Shown here piece by piece: positions 42,466 through 50,693 of a stretch of DNA of 63,148 bases. Every line of letters starts with the position of its first letter. Within the stretch, counting starts at the first letter, position 1. A program made the position numbers and the translations under genes. A model generated the notes under the pieces. It ran no database searches. It was not told the DNA's origin and saw only the letters and a list, made by a program, of their open reading frames with translations. The stretch is taken from positions 1 to 63,148 of the forward strand of contig CAZZCH010000007.1 of assembly GCA_964652895.1 (NCBI GenBank), given 5' to 3'. The DNA comes from an uncultured Eubacteriales bacterium (lineage in GTDB: Bacteria; Acidobacteriota; Aminicenantia; Aminicenantales; Saccharicenantaceae).

Positions 42466-42836
42466 TTGCGGCCGCGGACGAGCTTCCAGAAATCTCCCTT
42501 GGCCTGGAGGCGTTTCAGGGAGACGTCCATCTTCTGGAAGGCATTCTCCTGACCGAGCTCGAGCGCGTCGACGGTGATGCGGAAGGGGAAGAGCGAGTAG
42601 TCGAGCTTGCCGATGCGGACTGTCATCCCCGCTCTTTTTGCGAGCTGGCTTTGGAGGAGGTTCCTGACGAGCGGCTTGTCGAAGATGAAAAGGAGCGATG
42701 CGGCGACAACGAGGAGGGCGACAAGGCCAAGGACGATGCCCGTTACCTTGAGGGTCTTCTTCAGCGCTTTTTTTACCATGCCGCACGACGATTATAACAT
42801 TGTTTAGTCGGCTGAGCTTTCCAGAAGGTTCCAGAA
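42459..42836 (-). pseudogene. Truncated duplicate of the ydbH-like 5' end
   Basis: Matches 39703..40080; fused at CGCCGGC to the oxidoreductase fragment. Confidence 0.92.
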
Positions 42837-42879
42837 GGGGTCAAACCTACCTTTTGCTGCAAAAGGTAGGTTTGACCCC
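42837..42879. repeat. Perfect palindrome (21-bp arms), REP-like
   Basis: GGGGTCAAACCTACCTTTTGC-T-GCAAAAGGTAGGTTTGACCCC. Confidence 0.85.
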
Positions 42880-42886
42880 CCTTCTG

Positions 42887-42917
42887 ATTGACATCTCCCC
42901 GGGTAGTGGGCTATCGT
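42887..42917 (+). promoter_or_regulatory. Putative sigma70 promoter of the Tat-protein/YcaO unit
   Basis: TTGACA followed by TATCGT at about 18 bp spacing. Confidence 0.45.
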
Positions 42918-42953
42918 TGAGCCATCTTCAGCGGATTGCTCGTAGAGGAGGAC

Positions 42954-43535
42954 ATGATGAGTCGAAGGATAATCTCCCGCCGGGACGCCCTCGGCGTCAT
43001 CGGAAAGACGGGCGCGGCGCTCGGCGCCGGCACCTGCTTTTTCCTGAGTTTGAAAACCTCCCCGCTTCTCGGCGCCATCGGCGATGGGCCCGGTCCGGGC
43101 AGGGGACAGGCGAAGTCTCCTCGCCTGAAAATCGCGCCACAAGTCGCCGAAAAGGTCGTCGTCAGCGGTTCGGGTTCGACGCTTATCTTCAAGATCTCCG
43201 GGCCGGCGGGACGCCATTGCGGTGTCTCTTTCGCCACGGCCGATGCCCGCGACCGCTTCAAGGCCGCCACCAACGCCCGGGGTCTCATCGGCGAAAACGG
43301 ACTGGCCACCATCGAGGTCGACGCCAAGGGCCTTCCGAACGGAAAGGTCTTTCTCCGGGTCGTGACGGGCGCCTCGGGCAAATTCAGCAAGGACCTCCGG
43401 GGGACACAGGCCTTCGAGGTCACCATTTCCAATGGCGTCATGACAAAATTCGGCGGCGTCCGCGAGAGGCCTCTGGAAAGCGCTTCGGTCGCCGTCTCCG
43501 TGGCCGCGGCCGGATATCATTCAAAGAGCCGTTAA
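42954..43535 (+). CDS. Tat-signal hypothetical protein (193 aa)
   Basis: GAGGAGG RBS; ISRRDALG twin-arginine motif plus hydrophobic stretch; beta-strand-rich mature part. Confidence 0.8.
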   Translation: MMSRRIISRRDALGVIGKTGAALGAGTCFFLSLKTSPLLGAIGDGPGPGRGQAKSPRLKIAPQVAEKVVVSGSGSTLIFKISGPAGRHCGVSFATADARDRFKAATNARGLIGENGLATIEVDAKGLPNGKVFLRVVTGASGKFSKDLRGTQAFEVTISNGVMTKFGGVRERPLESASVAVSVAAAGYHSKSR

Positions 43536-43594
43536 ATCGCGGTCCTGACCGCGGAGCACGAAGGGACACCTTTTTGCGATCGGACATTCCCCCC

Positions 43595-44845
43595 ATGGCG
43601 CGCGGAGGAAGAAGCGGGATCGCTCTCCGGCGGCGCCGCGTCTGCTATTCCGGAAACGGGCTCCGCTCGGTCCCCCTCAATAAGACGCTGGCCGGTATCG
43701 AAAATTATTTCCTGACCGGCGGCGCAGAAGCTCAATTCGAGATGATCCACGGGGCCGCCGACGGCTGCCTCCGCGCCGTCCTGGAATACCTGCCTCCGCC
43801 GGGAGAGCCGGAAAACCAGAGATACTTCGGAAAGGGAGTGACCGCGGGGCAGACTCTGGCCAGCGCCTGCATGGAGTTCATCGAGAGACAGTCCGCTAAA
43901 ATGAAACCCGGGGACGGTCTGCTCGAGGCGAGCTACCCCGAGGTCGCTTCGGACGCCCGCGACCCCGTCCTTTTTTCCATTGCGAAGGAAGCGGGTTACG
44001 AACCGGCTAAACGGATCGATTGGATTTGGGGCTATTCCCTGACGAGGTCGGAGCCCGCGCTCGTCCCGGCGAACCTGGTTTTTTTTCCCTACGAGACGGA
44101 CCCGGGCGAAAAATATATCACCTGGACCGACTCCAACGGATTGGCATCAGGCAATAATCTCGAGGAAGCGGTCCTCCACGGAATCCTGGAAGTCATCGAG
44201 AGGGATGCCGTAGTCATCGCCGAGTACAACCGGCTTCCGTTCGCCGGGATCAAGGCGGACGGTCTGTCTTCCGAAGCCGTCCCGGGCCTGGATCGCCTGG
44301 AAGCCGCGGGATACTCATGCTCGTTCAGGGCCGTCCCGACGGATATCTCCATCAACGCCGTAGCGGTCTTCCTTCGCCATGAGGACGACTCAGCGAATTG
44401 CTGCGTGGCCTTTGGGTGCCACCTGGATCCCGGCCTGGCCATGGCTCGGGCCCTCACCGAGGCTATCCAGCTCCTCCCGCCCACCGTCAATCATGGAGGA
44501 TGGCTTCTCTCCGGGTCGCCCGAGCGCTACGCCGCCCGGCCCTCGCGCGAGATCCCCTTCGACGGCTTGAGAAGCTCGGCCTCCGCCGACCTCAAGGACA
44601 ATATCGAAGCGTGCGTGGCGATCCTGAAAGACATCGGGTCCGAGGTCATCATCGTCGACCTGAGCCTCCCGGATATCCCTTTCTCGGCCGTCCGCGTCCT
44701 CGCCACCGGACTTCAGCCTCTCCTCCACGAGGGCGACATGCGGCTCTCCCCGCGGTTCTTCGATGTTCCCGTCAAGCTGGGATTCCGCGATCGGCCTCGT
44801 GATCCGGCCGAGGTCAAGATCTGGCCCCTCTGCGGCTACCGGTGA
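43595..44845 (+). CDS. YcaO-family ATP-dependent amide-activating enzyme
   Basis: GKG...ASACMEFIER, LVPANLVF, DSNGLASG...EEAVLHGILEVIERD, RALTEAIQ; start uncertain (the N-terminal third of ORF 42800 is shadow). Confidence 0.9.
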   Translation: MARGGRSGIALRRRRVCYSGNGLRSVPLNKTLAGIENYFLTGGAEAQFEMIHGAADGCLRAVLEYLPPPGEPENQRYFGKGVTAGQTLASACMEFIERQSAKMKPGDGLLEASYPEVASDARDPVLFSIAKEAGYEPAKRIDWIWGYSLTRSEPALVPANLVFFPYETDPGEKYITWTDSNGLASGNNLEEAVLHGILEVIERDAVVIAEYNRLPFAGIKADGLSSEAVPGLDRLEAAGYSCSFRAVPTDISINAVAVFLRHEDDSANCCVAFGCHLDPGLAMARALTEAIQLLPPTVNHGGWLLSGSPERYAARPSREIPFDGLRSSASADLKDNIEACVAILKDIGSEVIIVDLSLPDIPFSAVRVLATGLQPLLHEGDMRLSPRFFDVPVKLGFRDRPRDPAEVKIWPLCGYR

Positions 44846-44914
44846 ATTGACTCTCCCCTGCCAAGGGGTTAAGCTAGGGCAACCTCAAGACAGGGATATC
44901 AGGGAGGCCCCGAG

Positions 44915-46558
44915 ATGTCGCAAAACATATGGGGGAGACGGGATTTCCTTAAATCGCTCCTGGCCGGAATGCCGCTCCTCGCTTGGGACTGGAACGCCTT
45001 TCCGCGCGGCGGCCAGGACAAAACCCCGCCGGGGACTTACGACGCCATCGTCATCGGCGCCGGCCTCGGCGGCCTCAGCGCGGCCGCGGCATTTGCCCGC
45101 CAAGGGTACAAGGTCCTCGTCCTCGAACAGCACAGCGTCCCCGGCGGCTACGCCTCCGCCTTCACCCGGCCGGGCGGCTTCACGTTCGACGTCTCCCTCC
45201 ATTCGACGACGGTCGGCATTCGCAACGGTATCCCCAACCTGATCGAGGGCTTTCCGGAGATCCAAGACGTCGCCTTCGTCCCCCACAAGACCCTTTACCG
45301 AACGATATATCCGGACTACGACATCCGGGTCCCGCACATGAACGTCCCCGGCTTCATCAAGACCTTGAAGGCGAATTTTCCGGACGAAGCGGAGGGCATC
45401 GACGGGATTTTCGCGGACATGAAGGGTCTTTCCGACGACGTCGGCAATCTTTCGGGCGCGGGCGGCCAGGTCGATATGTCCACGTTCCCCGCTAAATTCC
45501 CTCATCTCTTCAAGAACCTCAACAGGACCTGGGGGGCCATGGTCGACGACCGCATCAAGAACCCGAAGCTCAAGGCCGTCATATCGGGGCTCTGGGGCTA
45601 CTTCGGACTGCCCCCGTCCAAGCTTTCGCCTTTCTACTACGCTATGCCCCTCATGGGTTATCTTGAGGGCGGCGGCTATTACCCCGTCGGCACCTCGCAG
45701 AAGATCAGCGACGCCTTCGCCGGCCTGATCAAGAAAAACGGCGGCGAGATCAAGCTCAACACGCGCGTCGATAAGATCCTCACCCGCGACCACGCGGCCT
45801 ACGGGGTCAGGACCGCAGACGGCGCGGAATACCGCGGCCGGGCCGTCATCTCCAACGCCAACGCCGTGGACACGTTCACCCGGATGGTCGACGAAAAGGA
45901 ATTTCTCCAGGGCTTGCTGGCGCGCATGGACAAGCTCTCCGTCAGCTATTCGACCCTCCTCGTCTGGCTGGGCCTCAAGACGGACCTCGTCCGCAAGGTC
46001 GGGCTCAAGGAATCCGAGATCTTCTACAACACGGGTTACGACATCGAGGCCGATTACAAGGCCGTCATGGCCGGGGGCCTGCCGGACGATCCGGATTTCG
46101 GGCTGACCGTCTACGACAACCTCGGACCGGGCTTCTCACCCAAGGGAAAGAACACGCTCAATATCATCGCGACACAGGGCTTCGACTATTGGAAGAAGTT
46201 CGAGACCGATTATTTCTACGGCAACAAAGACGCCTACACGAAGGAGAAGATGCGCCTGGCCGACATCCTCATCGACAAGGCGGAGAAAACGCTCCTGCCC
46301 GGACTGCGGAAGGCCATCGAGGTCATGGAGGTCGCGACTCCGCTGACCAACCTGCGCTTCACGAGCAACCCGCGCGGCGCGATCTACGGCTGGGACCAGA
46401 CCGTGGACAACTCGGGCAACCGGCGCTTCCCGCAGACGACGCCCATCAAGAACCTTTACCTCTCCGGCGCCTGGACGTTCCCGGGCGGGGGGTACGGCGC
46501 CTGCATCCCCAGCGGCCTCGCCTGCTTCAGCCGGGTGATGGCGGACTGGAAGGTCTGA
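44915..46558 (+). CDS. Tat-exported FAD-dependent oxidoreductase, phytoene desaturase/CrtI-like superfamily
   Basis: GRRDFLK Tat motif; IVIGAGLGGL, ATPLT, GAIYG, NLYLSGAW.FPGGG. Confidence 0.88.
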   Translation: MSQNIWGRRDFLKSLLAGMPLLAWDWNAFPRGGQDKTPPGTYDAIVIGAGLGGLSAAAAFARQGYKVLVLEQHSVPGGYASAFTRPGGFTFDVSLHSTTVGIRNGIPNLIEGFPEIQDVAFVPHKTLYRTIYPDYDIRVPHMNVPGFIKTLKANFPDEAEGIDGIFADMKGLSDDVGNLSGAGGQVDMSTFPAKFPHLFKNLNRTWGAMVDDRIKNPKLKAVISGLWGYFGLPPSKLSPFYYAMPLMGYLEGGGYYPVGTSQKISDAFAGLIKKNGGEIKLNTRVDKILTRDHAAYGVRTADGAEYRGRAVISNANAVDTFTRMVDEKEFLQGLLARMDKLSVSYSTLLVWLGLKTDLVRKVGLKESEIFYNTGYDIEADYKAVMAGGLPDDPDFGLTVYDNLGPGFSPKGKNTLNIIATQGFDYWKKFETDYFYGNKDAYTKEKMRLADILIDKAEKTLLPGLRKAIEVMEVATPLTNLRFTSNPRGAIYGWDQTVDNSGNRRFPQTTPIKNLYLSGAWTFPGGGYGACIPSGLACFSRVMADWKV

Positions 46559-46631
46559 TGGGCATGATCCCCAGTGACTAAGAATCAAAGAAGATTGCCA
46601 GTTAACACTCTGTTTTTCTGGGAGGGCAGGC

Positions 46632-47789
46632 GTGATTAAGAGTAAGGGAGTGTCGGCATTCTTACTCTATTCTATGCTCGCAATGACCTGCGCATGCCGG
46701 AACAGCCAGGCACCGCACGCGCTGAGGGCCGGCGATTTTACAATCACCAAAAGACCCATTGGGGATTTATTCCGGTTTGGGACTATTGAAAAAATCGTCG
46801 TCCCGGAATTGACGGATGATTCGTCAATCGCTGAAGTCAGCCAAATCGCGTTCGACAAGAACGGAGACATCTACGTGGCTGATCTCTCTTCTCGGGGAAC
46901 TGTCCTGCGATTCGATGAGTCCGGTAAATATATATCTCGATATGGGCGGCCTGGACAGGGGCCGGGAGAGCATGGCTCCTTGAGAGCGTTTGATATCGAT
47001 GGGAATTTACGGGTTTATCTCATTTCGGATACGAAGATCATTCGCTACAGCCAGGCCAGTGAATTTGAAAAAGAGACATCGATAGGTTATTTCCCTGGGG
47101 ATATCAAAATTGTCAAAGACGGGCTATACGCGCGGATCTTCGGAACTAGGGACTCCTCGGGCGGCTTGGGGCCTGCTATAAAAGTGTATGATCTGGGCCT
47201 CGCCGAACAAGGAGGGGTATGCCACTTTGACCCGCGGCTGAACGCTTATAAATTTCTCCCAAGAAGCAGTGTCGCGGTTTGGAAGGATAAGATCATTTTT
47301 ACGGATATCTATGACCTCGCTCTCAATATTTACGACCCTCGTGCGGATCAAACTCAGCGGATTGTCTTTCCTAATGATAACGGGAGGCTGGATTCCGTTT
47401 GGAAAAGGGAACACCTCGTCGAGGATGACCGATCCCATATCAGGGATAATATCCATCGTTTCAATGCCGTATACAGTTTTGACGGGATCGTTTATTTAAC
47501 CGAGATCGACCGGAAAAGAAACGAAGTGAATTTTTGGCTGCTGGACATTGATCATAAGAATATCGTCGTTTTTCCTCTCCTGGATGTCATCGGGACCGCA
47601 ACAAGAACTTCTGCCTCCATCCGCTTCGAAACCATCGTCGGAACTTACGAAAACGGGTTAGTGTTTGTTGTGGAAGATGAGGAGAAGATCCAAAAGATCC
47701 GGGAGCAATACCCTCAGTTTAAGGATGTCCGCTTCGGGGCCAACGATAACCCGGCCTTAGTTTTTTTCCGCGTGAACGGAATTTCATAG
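46632..47789 (+). CDS. 6-bladed beta-propeller lipoprotein, lower GC
   Basis: GGAGG RBS; CAC lipobox; YGRPGQGPGEH. Confidence 0.78.
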   Translation: MIKSKGVSAFLLYSMLAMTCACRNSQAPHALRAGDFTITKRPIGDLFRFGTIEKIVVPELTDDSSIAEVSQIAFDKNGDIYVADLSSRGTVLRFDESGKYISRYGRPGQGPGEHGSLRAFDIDGNLRVYLISDTKIIRYSQASEFEKETSIGYFPGDIKIVKDGLYARIFGTRDSSGGLGPAIKVYDLGLAEQGGVCHFDPRLNAYKFLPRSSVAVWKDKIIFTDIYDLALNIYDPRADQTQRIVFPNDNGRLDSVWKREHLVEDDRSHIRDNIHRFNAVYSFDGIVYLTEIDRKRNEVNFWLLDIDHKNIVVFPLLDVIGTATRTSASIRFETIVGTYENGLVFVVEDEEKIQKIREQYPQFKDVRFGANDNPALVFFRVNGIS

Positions 47790-47881
47790 CCGACGGGACG
47801 GACGCGGCTTGTTGCCATTAGACGTCAAGCTTCTTCTCCTCTCTCTTTGTTCCCCGGGAAGGCGTGTGCTATAGTGAGGGC

Positions 47882-48223
47882 GTGAAAATCATCAACGAGC
47901 CTGTCTCCTTGGCAGACCTGAAGGCCATGGCCCAAGGCGGCTTCGGGAACCTGGTGAAGGCCGTGGTCGATGTGGATCGCGAGATCATTGCCGTCGACGG
48001 CGAGCTCCATGCGGACGAAGAAGCGCTCCTTCTCGAGAACGGGTCCCGGCAAAGGAACCTGTGGGGGATCAACATCTATCCCGAGCTCGAAGGCGCGGAC
48101 CGGATTGAATTCGATTCCATGATCAATATCCGGCCTGCCCAGGGGAATCGCTCCCGGGGCGTCGATAATATGGAGATCCGGGAAAAGATCATTCAAGTGG
48201 TTCATAAGCTGATATCGACATGA
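47882..48223 (+). CDS. DUF5674-like protein
   Basis: VKAVVDV, GELHADEE.LLL.NGS.Q.NLWG.N, FDSMINIRP. Confidence 0.8.
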   Translation: MKIINEPVSLADLKAMAQGGFGNLVKAVVDVDREIIAVDGELHADEEALLLENGSRQRNLWGINIYPELEGADRIEFDSMINIRPAQGNRSRGVDNMEIREKIIQVVHKLIST

Positions 48224-48585
48224 GCATTCAACATCGGGAACTGGCGGCGGGGCGCTGGCAGAGCTTGTCGTTTGTCGAGCAGCTGGCCAACGTCGGGAGC
48301 GAGGTCGAGCGGGCGCTGAATTGGCGCCAAAAGCAAAACTCCGATTACAGCCTCCTGGCTCTCGACCGGGCCTTGGAGCTCCTCGACCTGACGATCGCCG
48401 ACCCCCGCCACAGCCGCCGTCTCCGCGAGTTGACCCGGCTTCGCGAGGCTCTCGTGGATTATTTCCTCGGGGATAATCAGTATGCTTCTACAGATAAGCT
48501 CTGGAGAAATTACTTCTATGCCTTCGGTTATGCCGCCGCTTTGACGAGAAGGCCATCGGATCAGAATCGAACTTCACGTTCTTAG
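48220..48585 (+). CDS. Conserved helical hypothetical protein coupled to the DUF5674 gene
   Basis: ATGA overlap; EQLANVGSEVERA, ELTRLRE motifs. Confidence 0.75.
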   Translation: MSIQHRELAAGRWQSLSFVEQLANVGSEVERALNWRQKQNSDYSLLALDRALELLDLTIADPRHSRRLRELTRLREALVDYFLGDNQYASTDKLWRNYFYAFGYAAALTRRPSDQNRTSRS

Positions 48586-48621
48586 CGCGCGGCGAAGAAG
48601 GGTCGATTTAAAGGGGGCCGG

Positions 48622-49563
48622 TCAGGGACAGGTCCCGAAGGTCAGGTGCCGCCAGGCGGGAATTGAAGGCGGAGGACAAACGACTTCCACGTCTTCGCCG
48701 CTTGTCGGATGGGGAAACCGGAGCTTCCACGAATGCAGGAGATATCCTGTTTCGCCGGGAAGCGCGGCGTACTCATCATCAATGGTGTCAGAACGGGGAA
48801 TTCCACCCTCCTGATAGAGCGGGTCACCCACCAGAGGGAATCCGGCATAGCTGAGATGGATCCGGATCTGATGGGGACGTCCCGTGGGAATGGTCACTTC
48901 GAGGAGGGTCGCGTTTTCCTCGGGGAGTCGACGGATCACCCGGACATGACTTATCGACGGCCGGCCTTGGGGACAATACGCATTGAGGGTTTCCGGACGC
49001 CGATACGGGACAGGCCCGATGGGCGCGTCGACCGTGAAGGTGTCAGACATCGCGGTCCCGGAGGCCAAGGCCAGATACACCTTAAGGATCCGCCGTTCCT
49101 TCATGGCGATCGTCAATAGTCGCGCGGCCCGGGGGTTGCGGGTGAAGAGAATGGCCCCGGAAGTGCCGCGCCCAAGCCGATGGAGAGGCGAGCATTCGGT
49201 TCCATGGCGTTGCCGCACCAGATGTAGAAGCGTATTATCCAAAAAAAAGCCGCCGGGCAGGACGGGCAGCCCGGAGGGTTTCGCCAGCACCAGGGCGTCG
49301 TCATCTTCGAATAGGATCCCGAAATCGGTTGGAGCCGCGGGCTCTTCCCAGGGAAGGCGACGGTAGATGAGGAGGTCGCCCCGGGTCAGGAGTTCATCCG
49401 GTAACGCCGACCGCCCGTTGAGCAGGACCTGTCCCGCTTGGATCCGCTGCCGCCACACATCCCCGGCCGAGTGGGTGTAATGAACCGCATAGAAGGCCGC
49501 GACCGAGACGCCTTCGTCCTTCGGGAGAATCCGATCGGAGTAAGCGTAGCCGTTGTTTTTCAT
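48622..49563 (-). CDS. RluA-family pseudouridine synthase
   Basis: KPSGLPV, HRLGRGTSG, TGRPHQIRIH, PLVGDPLY. Confidence 0.85.
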   Translation of the reverse strand: MKNNGYAYSDRILPKDEGVSVAAFYAVHYTHSAGDVWRQRIQAGQVLLNGRSALPDELLTRGDLLIYRRLPWEEPAAPTDFGILFEDDDALVLAKPSGLPVLPGGFFLDNTLLHLVRQRHGTECSPLHRLGRGTSGAILFTRNPRAARLLTIAMKERRILKVYLALASGTAMSDTFTVDAPIGPVPYRRPETLNAYCPQGRPSISHVRVIRRLPEENATLLEVTIPTGRPHQIRIHLSYAGFPLVGDPLYQEGGIPRSDTIDDEYAALPGETGYLLHSWKLRFPHPTSGEDVEVVCPPPSIPAWRHLTFGTCP

Positions 49564-49609
49564 GATATCGCGCTTCGGCGGCAAAACGGGCCACGGGGCG
49601 GACGTCAGC

Positions 49610-50176
49610 TCAGGCCTTGGACACGTATTCACCCGTACGGGTGTCGACGCGGACGACCTCGCCGGTCGACATGTATTCGGGGACCTGCACGACCAGCCCG
49701 GTGGACAGGGTGGCCGGTTTCGTCCGCGCCGTGACCGACCCGCCCTTCACCGACGGCTGCGTATCCACGATCTCGAGGTTGATGAAGGTCGGGATCTGCA
49801 GACCGAGGACGCGGCCCTCGGACGAGATCGATATCAAGCCTTCGATTCCGTCGGAGAGATACGGCCACTCTTCCTCGATCTCGTCCTTTGTCAGCGTGAA
49901 CTGGCTGTAGTCCTGCAGGTCCATGAAGGTGATGCTCGAAGCGTCGCCGAACAGGAACTGGACCGGCCGCCTCTCGAAATCGGCCTCGGCCAGGATATCG
50001 TCGCCGCGCAGGGCCTGGTCGATCTTGCGCTTCGACTTTAGATTGCGGAAGCGGATCTTGTAGAGCGTCACCGCTCCGCGGGCCGAGGGCGATTGGACCT
50101 TGATCGTCTCGATGATATGCGCGTCGCCCTCGATCTTGATGACGTCGCCTTTCTTCAGATCGGATGCTCGGAACAT
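49610..50176 (-). CDS. yeiP: Elongation factor P-like protein (EfpL/YeiP)
   Basis: SPSARG loop, KPATLSTGLVVQVPEY, VDTRTGEY. Confidence 0.85.
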   Translation of the reverse strand: MFRASDLKKGDVIKIEGDAHIIETIKVQSPSARGAVTLYKIRFRNLKSKRKIDQALRGDDILAEADFERRPVQFLFGDASSITFMDLQDYSQFTLTKDEIEEEWPYLSDGIEGLISISSEGRVLGLQIPTFINLEIVDTQPSVKGGSVTARTKPATLSTGLVVQVPEYMSTGEVVRVDTRTGEYVSKA

Positions 50177-50184
50177 AAGACCGC

Positions 50185-50574
50185 CTATTTGATGATCTTC
50201 ATCCCCTCGATGGTCTGGCCTATCGTGCTCATGACGCACTTGTCGATGACGCCCTTATCGTTGCGGACGAATTGCAGTTCGTAATAGTCTCCGGTCTCCG
50301 CCAAGGTGACGTCGAAGCAGAGGGGCTTGCCTTCGACGGGCTTGATCTCCTCGGGCGTCTCGCCGGGAGGGGCGCCGAAGAGCTTGCCATCCTGCTCCGT
50401 GAACTGGACGATCAGCGATTCGCCCTGGATGGAAAAGTCGTAGTCGCCGACGATCTCGGCGATGAGCTTTTTCATGTCCACGGGCTTGTCCTGGGCGGCC
50501 GCCGGGGCGGCGATGGCCGTCAGGCAGGCCATGGCCAATAGAGCCGTGGCCATAATGAGCATGGCTTTCTTCAT
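50185..50574 (-). CDS. Small secreted hypothetical protein
   Basis: GGAGG RBS; AAA-Q signal peptide; VGDY motif. Confidence 0.7.
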   Translation of the reverse strand: MKKAMLIMATALLAMACLTAIAAPAAAQDKPVDMKKLIAEIVGDYDFSIQGESLIVQFTEQDGKLFGAPPGETPEEIKPVEGKPLCFDVTLAETGDYYELQFVRNDKGVIDKCVMSTIGQTIEGMKIIK

Positions 50575-50693
50575 GAGCGCCTCCAAGTCGTTAATGAGTT
50601 CTCATATTATACACGTTTACCAGTCGGGCTTCGTTCCCGGAGGCGGCTCCACATGCCCCTCCGACGTCCTTGAACCGTCGTGTAGCGCCCGGG

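Noticed and set aside
42316-42779. ORFs 42316..42552 and 42438..42779 as functional genes
   Set aside because: Chimeric read-through products of two truncated duplicates
42800-43594. N-terminal extension of the 681-aa YcaO ORF
   Set aside because: Arg/Gly-rich shadow frame overlapping the real Tat-protein gene
48620-48652. GGGACAGGTCCC REP-like motif at the rluA 3' end
   Set aside because: Short and single-copy in this window
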